Below are positions 1 to 8,018 of a DNA stretch of 24,000 bases, one piece after another. Below the pieces are notes generated by a model. It did not search any database, was not told the origin of the DNA, and worked only from the letters and a program-made list of their open reading frames with translations. This DNA comes from Xylanivirga thermophila. Lineage in GTDB: Bacteria > Bacillota > Clostridia > Caldicoprobacterales > Xylanivirgaceae. Made by a program: the position numbers and the translations under genes. The stretch's first letter is position 1. Every line of letters begins with the position of its first letter. The stretch covers positions 52,513-76,512 of the forward strand of contig NZ_RXHQ01000012.1 of assembly GCF_004138105.1 (NCBI RefSeq). The letters run 5' to 3'.

Positions 1-505
1 TCAATAATTGCGGACCCTGAATCCGTATGCTATCGGGCTTGATTGTATATGGCTGTACTTGATAACCTGAAGCCTCCTCCCCATCTATTTTTACTTCAAT
101 GGGCAGTTCTTTTGTTACTAGCCTGTTTATGAGAATTTCTCTCACAGGCTGCTTTTCAACCCTTATCCCAGATGGTACCCCCCCTATTTCCACCGGCAAT
201 TTATATTCTCCAGGTCTATCGATATCTGACAGATCTATATACCCTTCAAGATTTTCTTCATCCACCTTGTTCAAATCCCTAGCCCGTCCACGAAGCCTAG
301 CACTAACCGGCTCTTCCGCATCATAAACCAATGTAAGCCCTTTTGCCCTAAGATCCGTTTCACTCTTTGTTTTTACCGGTATATCTACATAGTTTCTCGA
401 TATCTCGGGATTTTCCTCTCCTATTGCGATGAACCATAATATTATTGCAAATATAAGTGATATTATTTTTAATGGTAAATTATTACTTAATCTGCTGCTT
501 TTCAT
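1..505 (-). CDS. cdaR: CdaR / YbbR-domain regulator of diadenylate cyclase (N-terminal part; the 3' end lies beyond the left edge)
   Basis: Not in the ORF track because it is truncated. My own translation from ATG at 505 gives MKSSRLSNNLPLKIISLIFAIILWFIAIGEENPEISRNYVDIPVKTK...YIDLSDIDRPGEYKLPVEIGGVPSGIRVEKQPVREILINRL..IEVKIDGEEASGYQVQPYTIKPDSIRIQGP. That is an N-terminal TM helix followed by YbbR-like repeats. It is open to position 1 and overlaps the cdaA stop by 23 nt, the canonical Firmicute cdaA-cdaR arrangement. Confidence 0.8.
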   Translation of the reverse strand, partial: MKSSRLSNNLPLKIISLIFAIILWFIAIGEENPEISRNYVDIPVKTKSETDLRAKGLTLVYDAEEPVSARLRGRARDLNKVDEENLEGYIDLSDIDRPGEYKLPVEIGGVPSGIRVEKQPVREILINRLVTKELPIEVKIDGEEASGYQVQPYTIKPDSIRIQGPQLL

Positions 506-1355
506 GTCTTGCCCTCCACTTTTTAAGACTAAATGTCCTGCTTTGCTCCCTTTGGAGCCCATAAGCCTTACCCAGTATCTCCTTTAATGTTTTGGGGTCT
601 AGATAACGGGTCAATTTACCATCGCTAGCTACCGAAATTATACCTGTTTCCTCAGATACTATTATAGCTAAGGCATCGGAATTTTCAGAAATACCCAGCG
701 CTGCCCTATGCCTCGTACCTAACTGCTTACTCAGATTAGGATTTTCGGTAAGGGGAAGAAAACATCCCGCAGCTGCAATGCGATCATCTCTTATTATCAC
801 TGCACCATCATGTAGTGGAGTATTTGGCACAAATATATTCTCCAAAAGAGGCTGACTAACCTCTCCACCTATCCTTACTCCGGTTTCGATAACATCATTT
901 ACACCTGTCTTACGCTCTATTACAATAAGAGCACCTATCTTATTTTTAGCCAAGTTTTGTACAGCCCTAGTAATTTCCCCTATAACCACCGATACATCCC
1001 TACTGTCATTTTGAGTGAAAACACCCTTTTCAAAGATTTTCCCCCGGCCTATCTGCTCTAGTGCCCGTCTAAGCTCAGGTTGAAATACTATGAGCAATGC
1101 AATTACACCTACAGTGGCAGTGTTTTTTAAAATCCAATACAAAGTTGTCAATCTCAAAACATGACTAAGCCACGTAACAATAAGCAAAACCGCGAGTCCC
1201 TTAAGTACCTGCTCTGCCCGTGTTTCCTTGATAAGCAGTATTGCTCTATACAGTATATATGCAACAAGTAATATATCTATGGTATGACGTATAACATCGG
1301 GAAAACGAAAATAAGGCTCCAATAAATATATAATATTAGAAATCCAATGCCACAT
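483..1355 (-). CDS. cdaA: Diadenylate cyclase CdaA (membrane-anchored DAC domain)
   Basis: Three N-terminal TM helices followed by a DisA_N/DAC domain, with motifs GALIVIER, HDGAVII and GTRHRAALGISE. The ORF track starts at a GTG (1403) with no SD. ATG at 1355 (MWHWISN...) has GAGGTG about 9 nt upstream and gives 290 aa, close to typical CdaA length. The start is uncertain (1355 vs 1403). Confidence 0.9.
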   Translation of the reverse strand: MWHWISNIIYLLEPYFRFPDVIRHTIDILLVAYILYRAILLIKETRAEQVLKGLAVLLIVTWLSHVLRLTTLYWILKNTATVGVIALLIVFQPELRRALEQIGRGKIFEKGVFTQNDSRDVSVVIGEITRAVQNLAKNKIGALIVIERKTGVNDVIETGVRIGGEVSQPLLENIFVPNTPLHDGAVIIRDDRIAAAGCFLPLTENPNLSKQLGTRHRAALGISENSDALAIIVSEETGIISVASDGKLTRYLDPKTLKEILGKAYGLQREQSRTFSLKKWRARHEKQQIK

Positions 1356-1440
1356 AGGCCAAAACACCTCGCCCTTGTTAAATACGTATCTATTATATAA
1401 CACTTTTGTACATTTATGAAATATGTTTACCTCTTTGTCT

Positions 1441-2418
1441 CTATTTTAAAACAATATCGACTTTTCTGCCACATTTTTTACACCTTTCGTCTTCTAAATT
1501 TAGTATAATGGTATCATATCTTCTATCCACGAGTAAATTATTACACTCAGGGCAATAGGTATTTCTATCCCTGCCTTGTATATTTCCCATATATACATAA
1601 TTTAGATATTTTTTTGCTGTATCGTATAGTTTTTGTATGCTATCTAAGGGTGTAGGCTCCATATTCATCTTATAATTCGGAAAATATCTTGTTATGTGCA
1701 GAGGAATATTTTTATTTATATCCGCCAACCATTTGGCTAGTTCCATCATTTGCTCAATACTATCGTTTAATCCTGGTATTACAAGATTCGTAACCTCTAC
1801 ATGACATCCTTCACTGGCCAGTGCTACCGTATTCTTTACATATCTAAGGCTGCCATTACATACCTTCCTGTAAAATTCCTCAGTATATCCTTTCACATCT
1901 ATATTCATGGCATCTATATATGGCAACATCATCTCAAGGGGCTCCTTATTTATAAAGCCATTGGTAACAAGCACATTCTTTAGACCCTGTTCTTGCGACA
2001 ATTGCATGGTATCAAGCACATATTCATACCATATAACCGGTTCGTTATACGTAAATGCTATGCCTATTGCATCCTCCCTTAACGCCATATCCACTAGCTC
2101 ATCTGGCCATAATTCTACTGTCTCCGGAGTATCATGGGCAATCTCCCAGTTTTGGCAAAACTGACAATCCAGATTGCAATTTACTCCTCCTACCGATAAT
2201 ATGTTATTACCTGGATAAAAATGATACAATGGTTTTTTCTCCATTGGATCCATTGCTATGGCAGATACCTTCCCATAACCTACAGGCTCCAACCTGCCCA
2301 TTGTATTCAATCTCTCATTGCAAATCCCCGTATGTCCTGAAGGAATAATACACCTATGGGGACAAAGAAGACACTCTACCCCATCCCCTACCCGTTTATA
2401 AAACAAAGCTTCCCTCAT
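1441..2418 (-). CDS. amrS: AmmeMemoRadiSam system radical SAM enzyme
   Basis: Has a CNLDCQFCQNW radical-SAM CxxxCxxC cluster, an upstream CLLCPHRCIIPSGHTGICNER Cys motif and DPMEKKPLYHFYPG, which together are typical of the AmrS / PFL-activase-like family. A C-terminal CPEC...CKKC Cys pair is also present. I chose ATG 2418 (MREALFYKRV), which has GGGGGA about 7 nt upstream. The track start at 2439 would overlap the upstream gene. Confidence 0.85.
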   Translation of the reverse strand: MREALFYKRVGDGVECLLCPHRCIIPSGHTGICNERLNTMGRLEPVGYGKVSAIAMDPMEKKPLYHFYPGNNILSVGGVNCNLDCQFCQNWEIAHDTPETVELWPDELVDMALREDAIGIAFTYNEPVIWYEYVLDTMQLSQEQGLKNVLVTNGFINKEPLEMMLPYIDAMNIDVKGYTEEFYRKVCNGSLRYVKNTVALASEGCHVEVTNLVIPGLNDSIEQMMELAKWLADINKNIPLHITRYFPNYKMNMEPTPLDSIQKLYDTAKKYLNYVYMGNIQGRDRNTYCPECNNLLVDRRYDTIILNLEDERCKKCGRKVDIVLK

Positions 2419-2428
2419 GTATATCCCC

Positions 2429-3760
2429 CTATCTCCCATGCCTTATTACCCTAAACCTTTCTACGGCATATGATTCTTCCGGAGGTATGCCTCCCTTGCT
2501 CAATGCAATGCTTATCTGCTCCTCCGGCGTATCAACACCTTCAAGATTGGGCAGCAATACTCCCCTTCTATGCCCTTTTTTTACTATAACGCCATACTCC
2601 TCTGCGTTTAGCGATTCTATCGATTCAACTTCTTCCGGCTGGCTCAATACATCTACTGAATATGACAAATGGGAAAGTTCTGATTTTTCTACGGGAAAAA
2701 ATCGTGGATCGCTGGTAGCAGCACTTATGGCATTACATATAATCTCCTCGGCTATATTGTCTCTTACAGGAGCTATCGTCCCTATACATCCCCGAAGTGC
2801 ACCGTCTTTCTTTATAGATACAAATACGGCAGCCCGTTTATATAGCATATCTTCTGGAAGCTTTTTATCAGGTTTTATGACCCTATCCTCAAGCACATAT
2901 GCCTCTACCGCATTTTTGGCTAGATTTACATATGTATCTTCCATCCCTATCCTAGCTACCATATATCCTACACCAAAGTCGTCCTGATAGGATAATACTG
3001 TAGGGGATATGCAATAATTCTTTAATGCTCCAAAAACGGTTAATATAGCCCTTAGCCCACATTCGCCTCCTTCCTCAATCATATGCTTGTCCATATTTAG
3101 AAGGCCCTCTCCATCACCTTTGCCCACAAGTTTTACTATTTCATTGTCCAGCTTCGGACCCATGGGATGAAATCCATATGGTCCATCTACCTTTAATCTA
3201 TGGGATAGATCACCACTCGATATAATTACTACGTCACTATCTCCTTTTTCTACTGAAGATTGTATTGCCGCTCCAAATCTATACATATCTTCATAGGAAA
3301 CAAGTGGTGTAGTGATATGGAGCAATCTGAAATCCTTATAATGCCGGGTTATAAAATAAAGTGGCACCATTGCTCCCCATTCCAATTCAATAGACATACC
3401 ATATGCATCTGCCATTTTCCGATTCAATACCACACAATCGATGTCCTTTATTTTACTATAATCCATTATACCCTCTATAAGATTATCGTCATTTTGAAAC
3501 TGCATCGATAGTGTTGGAAGCCCAAATCGTGAAAAATCTCCCGATAGTGTATGTTCTCCTAATATGGTTATAACATCCTGAAATGCTGGACCGTGAGGCG
3601 TAATGAGTATTATTGTGTCAGGCTTCATTTCACCTATCTCAACTGCACACATATCAAGGGTCTCTATGGTATGCTCTACCTTTTTCTCTTCTCCTCTGCC
3701 TATCTCAGGTATTATAATGGGCGGGTGAGGCATCATATAAGCACCTAAAATTCTACCCAT
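2429..3760 (-). CDS. amrA: Fusion protein: Memo/LigB-superfamily (class III extradiol dioxygenase subunit B-like) domain + AMMECR1 domain (AmmeMemoRadiSam protein B-like::protein A)
   Basis: The N-terminal ~270 aa carry MMPHPPIIIPE, ITPHGP, SSGDLSHRL and GGECGLRAI, the Memo/LigB fold signature. The C-terminal ~175 aa carry VFVSIKKDGALRGCIGTI, DPRF and RGVLLPN, the AMMECR1 signature. Start ATG 3760 (MGRILGAY) sits behind a GGAGGG SD. The track start at 3814 lies upstream of that SD. Confidence 0.8.
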   Translation of the reverse strand: MGRILGAYMMPHPPIIIPEIGRGEEKKVEHTIETLDMCAVEIGEMKPDTIILITPHGPAFQDVITILGEHTLSGDFSRFGLPTLSMQFQNDDNLIEGIMDYSKIKDIDCVVLNRKMADAYGMSIELEWGAMVPLYFITRHYKDFRLLHITTPLVSYEDMYRFGAAIQSSVEKGDSDVVIISSGDLSHRLKVDGPYGFHPMGPKLDNEIVKLVGKGDGEGLLNMDKHMIEEGGECGLRAILTVFGALKNYCISPTVLSYQDDFGVGYMVARIGMEDTYVNLAKNAVEAYVLEDRVIKPDKKLPEDMLYKRAAVFVSIKKDGALRGCIGTIAPVRDNIAEEIICNAISAATSDPRFFPVEKSELSHLSYSVDVLSQPEEVESIESLNAEEYGVIVKKGHRRGVLLPNLEGVDTPEEQISIALSKGGIPPEESYAVERFRVIRHGR

Positions 3761-3835
3761 ATATATCCCTCCTCGTATCTTAAGTGTATCATATATTGTA
3801 AAAAACATACACATATTTTACATAATAAAGTTACC

Positions 3836-3893
3836 AATATAGTGATCATATAGGAGGTAGATGATTATCTACCTCCTATATGATCACTATATT
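3836..3893 (-). repeat. Perfect 27-bp inverted repeat with 4-nt loop (hairpin); possible cwlD terminator or RNA processing site
   Basis: I checked base by base that 3836-3862 pairs with 3867-3893 with no mismatch (AATATAGTGATCATATAGGAGGTAGAT / GATT loop). The outer end overlaps the cwlD stop codon. No clean U-tract follows on either strand. Confidence 0.6.
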
Positions 3894-4612
3894 TATCTCG
3901 ACTGGGCAAAATAATCCACAATACCACTGTATATAGCCCAGGCTACCTGTTCCTGATATTTAGGGTCTTTCAGCAACTGTTCCTCTTCCGGATTGGATAA
4001 AAATCCACATTCTACTAAGACGCTAGGAGCGGCTCCCGCCTTTAGTATGCGCAGATTATCCACAGGTTTTGCCTCCCTTTTATTACCCCTGCCCAGTACC
4101 TCTATAAGCTTTGACTGTATACACATTGCAAGTTTTTCCCCTTCAGCGCTCCCCTTCATATAAAAGGTTTGACCCCCATAGTACTGTGACTGTGAAAAAT
4201 AATTTAGATGTATGCTTATAACTGCATCAGCATTGCTATTAGATATGATATCAATGCGCCGCTGCATATCCTGCCCTTTTTTCCTTATTAAATTACCCAA
4301 TGAATCATATACCCCATCCTCATCTGTGCGAGTCATTATCACCTTTGCATTTTCTTTTTCAAAATATGCTTTAAGCTTGTTAGATATAGAGAGATTTATG
4401 GAATCCTCCTTTGTACCGTTTTTACTTACTGCTCCAGGATCTATACCACCATGTCCAGGGTCTATTACTATTATCCTACCCCTTATGGGGGATGCAAATG
4501 TAGCAATTGATTGGTCATCTATGATTTTTAATATGTACATACCTATAAGCAGGACACCTAGAAGCATCCAGAAAAGAAAAAGCCACCGCCTCTTTATAAA
4601 AAACACCTTCAT
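3893..4612 (-). CDS. cwlD: Germination-specific N-acetylmuramoyl-L-alanine amidase CwlD (Amidase_3)
   Basis: An N-terminal TM/signal anchor is followed by IVIDPGHGGIDPGAVS, INLSISNKLK, VISIHLN and VLVECGFLSNPEEEQLL. Length is ~239 aa, typical of CwlD. ATG 4612 (MKVFFIKRRW) is preceded by GGGGG. The track start at 4630 is a TTG inside that SD. Confidence 0.8.
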   Translation of the reverse strand: MKVFFIKRRWLFLFWMLLGVLLIGMYILKIIDDQSIATFASPIRGRIIVIDPGHGGIDPGAVSKNGTKEDSINLSISNKLKAYFEKENAKVIMTRTDEDGVYDSLGNLIRKKGQDMQRRIDIISNSNADAVISIHLNYFSQSQYYGGQTFYMKGSAEGEKLAMCIQSKLIEVLGRGNKREAKPVDNLRILKAGAAPSVLVECGFLSNPEEEQLLKDPKYQEQVAWAIYSGIVDYFAQSR

Positions 4613-4681
4613 AAAAAAACCCCCAAACAAACTATGCTATACTATGCATATTACATTAGATGCTTGACCTATGATTAGCTG

Positions 4682-5440
4682 TTAAAAAAACTTTGATGTA
4701 TACCACATTATTATCTGAGCCCCTAAAAAGAGGCTTACCAAAGTACCCAGTGATAAAAATGGGCCAAATGGTATATATGATCCTTTTTTTATCTTCCCGG
4801 CGATTATAAGTATGAGAAATGTAATACCACCTATGTATATTGAAAATAAAATAGATAAAAGCACATACCTAAGCCCCATAAAAAGACCTACCATACCCAT
4901 AAGCTTTACATCTCCGCCCCCCATCCCCTGCTTTTTAAACAATAAAAGGGATAGAATATCCATTAAAAGTATCACTCCTGCTCCCGCCAAACATCCATAT
5001 ATGCTGTCTAAAAAAGGCCTGCCCCATCCTATGAGATTAAATATCACGGCAGATACCATGCCAATTATGATAAGGGATGGGGGAATTATGGCATGATGTA
5101 TGTCTATAACTGAAATTATTATAAGGATAGATATGAGTATACCATAGAATAAAAGCTCTATACCTATCCCAAACTTTAAATAAAGTGCAAGATAAAGCCC
5201 TCCCGTTAGGGCTTCCACTAGTGGATATTGAATTGAAATATGCTCACCGCAATACCTGCATCGCCCCTTTAAAAATATATAGCTTAGTATAGGCACCATA
5301 TCAAGGGGCATAAGCCTATGAGTGCATACTGTACAATGGGATGGTGGATATGAGATGGACTCATCCCTTGGTATGCGATATATACATACATTGAAAAAGC
5401 TGCCTATAATGCTCCCCAGTATAAAGATTAAAACCGCCAC
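4682..5440 (-). CDS. pilD: Prepilin peptidase / N-methyltransferase (A24 family, PilD)
   Basis: N-terminal IGSFFNVCIYRIP followed by the CTVC...CRYC zinc-type Cys pairs, multiple TM helices, GGGDVKLMG and a second catalytic Asp region. GTG start with GGGGGGTGA SD 5-6 nt upstream. Confidence 0.9.
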   Translation of the reverse strand: MAVLIFILGSIIGSFFNVCIYRIPRDESISYPPSHCTVCTHRLMPLDMVPILSYIFLKGRCRYCGEHISIQYPLVEALTGGLYLALYLKFGIGIELLFYGILISILIIISVIDIHHAIIPPSLIIIGMVSAVIFNLIGWGRPFLDSIYGCLAGAGVILLMDILSLLLFKKQGMGGGDVKLMGMVGLFMGLRYVLLSILFSIYIGGITFLILIIAGKIKKGSYIPFGPFLSLGTLVSLFLGAQIIMWYTSKFF

Positions 5441-5455
5441 CTATTCACCCCCCTA

Positions 5456-5482
5456 GTAAAAACACCAGCATATGCTGGTGTT
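5456..5482 (-). terminator. Intrinsic terminator/attenuator between major pilin and pilD
   Basis: The minus-strand RNA forms an ACACCAGC-AUAU-GCUGGUGU stem (palindrome 5461-5482) followed directly by UUUUU. It lies 18 nt after the pilin stop and about 8 nt before the pilD SD. Confidence 0.65.
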
Positions 5483-5499
5483 AGTATAAAATAATTTTG

Positions 5500-5949
5500 T
5501 TATGATGGATTACTAGATTTTTGAACCACATTAACAGTTATTTTTCCATCAGTATCGATAGTAACTGTATATGTTCCAGTTACAGGCTCAGTTTTTTCTT
5601 TCCCATCGGTACCTGTACTTTTAGCTTTTAGTCCATTGGGCACTTCAGGCCAATCTTTTACATAATCTCCCGCTTTGTACCCACCTTCCGTTGTTGCACT
5701 TTCATTACTATTCCATGTAACTGGCGCTTTCGGTACTCCCTCAGATGCTATGGCAGTCATAGCTGCACCCTCTAATACCCTTATGTTTGCCTCATGGGCA
5801 GTTTGGGCAGCCTTTGTTTGGGCATTGTTATACACCGGTATTGCAATAGCAGTCAATATGGCAATGATACCTATTACCACCATAAGCTCTACTAGGGTAA
5901 AGCCCTTATTCTTTTTGTTTTCTCTCTTCTGATTATTCTCTTTATACAT
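5500..5949 (-). CDS. pilA: Major type IV pilin (prepilin with class III signal peptide)
   Basis: Leader MYKENNQKRENKKNKG followed by FTLVELMVVIGIIAILTAIAIPVY, which is the G/F cleavage site, E5 and a hydrophobic alpha1-N helix. Length 149 aa. ATG 5949 is preceded by GGAGGGGAG. The track start at 5994 lies upstream of that SD. It is the last pilin gene before pilD. Confidence 0.85.
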   Translation of the reverse strand: MYKENNQKRENKKNKGFTLVELMVVIGIIAILTAIAIPVYNNAQTKAAQTAHEANIRVLEGAAMTAIASEGVPKAPVTWNSNESATTEGGYKAGDYVKDWPEVPNGLKAKSTGTDGKEKTEPVTGTYTVTIDTDGKITVNVVQKSSNPS

Positions 5950-5982
5950 ATGTATCTCCCCTCCAACATATATTATTTTTTT

Positions 5983-6011
5983 ATTATAATCCATCTATGC
6001 CGTTTTGACTA
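5983..6011 (-). promoter_or_regulatory. Candidate sigma-A type promoter for the major pilin gene
   Basis: The minus strand reads TAGTCA - 17 nt - TATAAT (-10 at 5988..5983) in the 74-nt gap between the pilX-like stop and the pilA start. The -35 matches only 4/6. Confidence 0.3.
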
Positions 6012-6023
6012 GATGGAAAACCA

Positions 6024-7484
6024 TCATACCCCAGGTATATCTTCAGGCGGGAGCTTTGTCCAATCTATTATCTCCCATCCTGCATTTACAGGCTCTAAAA
6101 AGTGGGGCGGTGTATCATATGCCATCCTTGGATCATGCCTATATACCTTTTTATACCCGCTCACTACCTTTTTATTATATGACCCGGAATAATATGTGCC
6201 TACAGCCCCACGGTATTTCTGGGTTATAGCGCCTACCAGATACACCGTATCCAAGGCGGGAGCTGAATTGTAGTTCTCCAGCTCAAAGGACCAGTTGAGG
6301 GCAAAGATGGCAGCATGTATTGAGATTTTGTATGGTGCCACATTTCCCACCCACTCATAATTCCAATAGCTAGTTGATGGCCAATCCTGCTCCAGTATCC
6401 TTACAAATCCATTGGCTACAAGCCCTAGCATGTCGTCCGTCTGTTGTTCATTTCCTGCCGGATCAAAGGCGGGAGTATTGTATACAATGCCTCTAGTGGG
6501 CTGGGCATTCCTATATGAATCGGTAGGATCTTTTGCAGTAATATATATGTTATTTGCTGCTGCTATGGTCAATCTCCCCTTTAAGGTACCAGATATAAAT
6601 ACATTACCCATATATGTATCCCATTTATATCTAGGATCCTGGGTTTCCGTACCATCCACATATATTACACCATTAGATGGCAATGGACGATTATTATATC
6701 TCTTCCATTCGCCCTTATCCCCATCAAATGTCAACACATCCATACTACTTCCCTTTAAATATATGCAAGTACGTCCATTATAATAATGACCATTTATCTT
6801 TGCATGGGTCTTAAGCTGACTGTTTGAAGGTGGAAAAGTAAGGGGGGCTACTTTTTGTGGTATTCCTTCTTCATATACAGGGCGACTGCCATATGCTACA
6901 TTTAATTTTCCCGAATAGGTTACCTTATTGTGAAATATTGGATTCCCATCTATATAAAGATCCCCATTTGTATGTATTGGACCGTAAACCTCATCACCTG
7001 TAACCCAATATACCCTTTTACCTTCGGTATTGAATTCATTATCACTTCCATATACACTTTGGACAAACTCCTTTTTACGTGTCTTTATCTGTATAGTTAC
7101 CCTATTGGACGGATCCTCAATTAGCCACGCAGTACAGCGTATGGTTAATACGGGATAATTAGTTGTAGGTGGCTCCACCTGTATATAGTAGGCACCTGAA
7201 TACCCATCCTGATTAAACTCTACTATGGCATTTGGTCTAAGCTCATCCCTTGAATATTCTTCTTTTTTATAATACTCGGAGTCCTTGTTTAAATGCCACA
7301 TATATCTTGCTATACCCGCCTCAGCAATATTAAGTGCCTTGTTTTGTCCCGCATATTTTATATTGGAGACAGATTGATTTTGTACTACCAGTGCGACAGT
7401 AAAGGCAAGCAAGGTAGCTACAGATGCTATTATCACAACAATGGGCAGGGCTATACCAAAGTTATCTCTACTCATCCTTTTCAT
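6024..7484 (-). CDS. Large minor pilin, PilX N-terminal domain / GspK-PilK-like (no E5)
   Basis: The N-terminus MKRMSRDNFGIALPIVVIIASVATLLAFTVALVV resembles the PilX_N/GspK pattern (G then a hydrophobic helix, no Glu at +5), followed by ALNIAEAGI. Length 486 aa. It follows two other pilin-like genes with an ATGA stop/start overlap. Confidence 0.7.
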   Translation of the reverse strand: MKRMSRDNFGIALPIVVIIASVATLLAFTVALVVQNQSVSNIKYAGQNKALNIAEAGIARYMWHLNKDSEYYKKEEYSRDELRPNAIVEFNQDGYSGAYYIQVEPPTTNYPVLTIRCTAWLIEDPSNRVTIQIKTRKKEFVQSVYGSDNEFNTEGKRVYWVTGDEVYGPIHTNGDLYIDGNPIFHNKVTYSGKLNVAYGSRPVYEEGIPQKVAPLTFPPSNSQLKTHAKINGHYYNGRTCIYLKGSSMDVLTFDGDKGEWKRYNNRPLPSNGVIYVDGTETQDPRYKWDTYMGNVFISGTLKGRLTIAAANNIYITAKDPTDSYRNAQPTRGIVYNTPAFDPAGNEQQTDDMLGLVANGFVRILEQDWPSTSYWNYEWVGNVAPYKISIHAAIFALNWSFELENYNSAPALDTVYLVGAITQKYRGAVGTYYSGSYNKKVVSGYKKVYRHDPRMAYDTPPHFLEPVNAGWEIIDWTKLPPEDIPGV

Positions 7485-8011
7485 GGTTTCACCTTCATAT
7501 TCACCCGCATCGATATCTGTGTAGAAATATCCACAGGCTTACTATGTTTATCCTCTTTTATCAACATATGAACTGCTATAATCTGTTTACCACTTTTAGA
7601 TGCTGATAGGGAAAACACAGGTTCATCATCCTTATTGGCTATGTCCCTAGCAACTATTTTTTGATTATCATAGTCGCCATCCTCTTCTCTTATTAAATTT
7701 CCCCTATCCAACTTGTATAGGACTGTGTAATATGAAGCGGTATTAGGAACAGTTAAATATACCTTAAGCCCCTTTCCCGCATCCAATATCTCAATGGCAT
7801 GCTCATTTTCCCTAGGGCTCCTTGCCTGTCTTACATCATCCTCTATTGTATAGAGGGCATTGTTAGCAGACTGCAAAGCATAGGACTGTACTGTAGCATA
7901 TTTGTAGTTTGATACGGTAAAATGAGTAAAATTGAGTATAAGTACTAAAATTATTGACAGCAAAGACATGGCCAGTATAAGCTCAACCAGTGTAAAACCT
8001 TTTTTATCCAT
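7481..8011 (-). CDS. Minor pilin with prepilin-type N-terminal cleavage/methylation domain (PilW/GspJ-like position)
   Basis: MDKKG/FTLVELILAMSLLSIILVLIL is a canonical class III signal with E5. Length 176 aa. AGGTGA SD about 8 nt upstream. Confidence 0.75.
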   Translation of the reverse strand: MDKKGFTLVELILAMSLLSIILVLILNFTHFTVSNYKYATVQSYALQSANNALYTIEDDVRQARSPRENEHAIEILDAGKGLKVYLTVPNTASYYTVLYKLDRGNLIREEDGDYDNQKIVARDIANKDDEPVFSLSASKSGKQIIAVHMLIKEDKHSKPVDISTQISMRVNMKVKP

Positions 8012-8018
8012 ATATGTC

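Noticed and set aside
1356-1403. N-terminal extensions in the ORF track: cdaA GTG 1403, amrS 2439, amrA-fusion 3814, cwlD TTG 4630, pilA 5994, pilV-like GTG 9710, pilB TTG 11437.
   Set aside because: In each case a downstream ATG has a proper GGAGG-like SD at 5-9 nt, and the extension either contains that SD or overlaps the upstream gene. The shorter forms are preferred, although cdaA remains ambiguous.
2487-2987. Long + strand ORFs antisense to minus-strand genes: 99-326, 1801-2348 group, 2487-2987, 3260-3511, 4212-4667, 4812-5096, 5675-5932, 6412-6783, 7932-8258, 8355-8676, 9121-9309, 9577-9822, 10697-10924, 12162-12485, 12715-12930, 14507-14776, 14977-15468, 15689-15904, 16245-16448, 17343-17567, 19357-19575, 20052-20285, 21152-21454, 23508-23732.
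   Set aside because: Each lies fully inside or opposite a strongly supported minus-strand gene. Their translations are low-complexity (Ser/Leu/Ile/Phe-rich) with no recognisable motifs and no SD. They are typical shadow ORFs of AT-rich coding DNA.
4613-4681. Tried to find a sigma-E/sigma-G type sporulation promoter upstream of cwlD (CATAGTAT / GCATC-like elements, tandem ACTATGC repeat).
   Set aside because: The spacings between the candidate -35 and -10 elements do not fit either consensus, so I cannot support a call.
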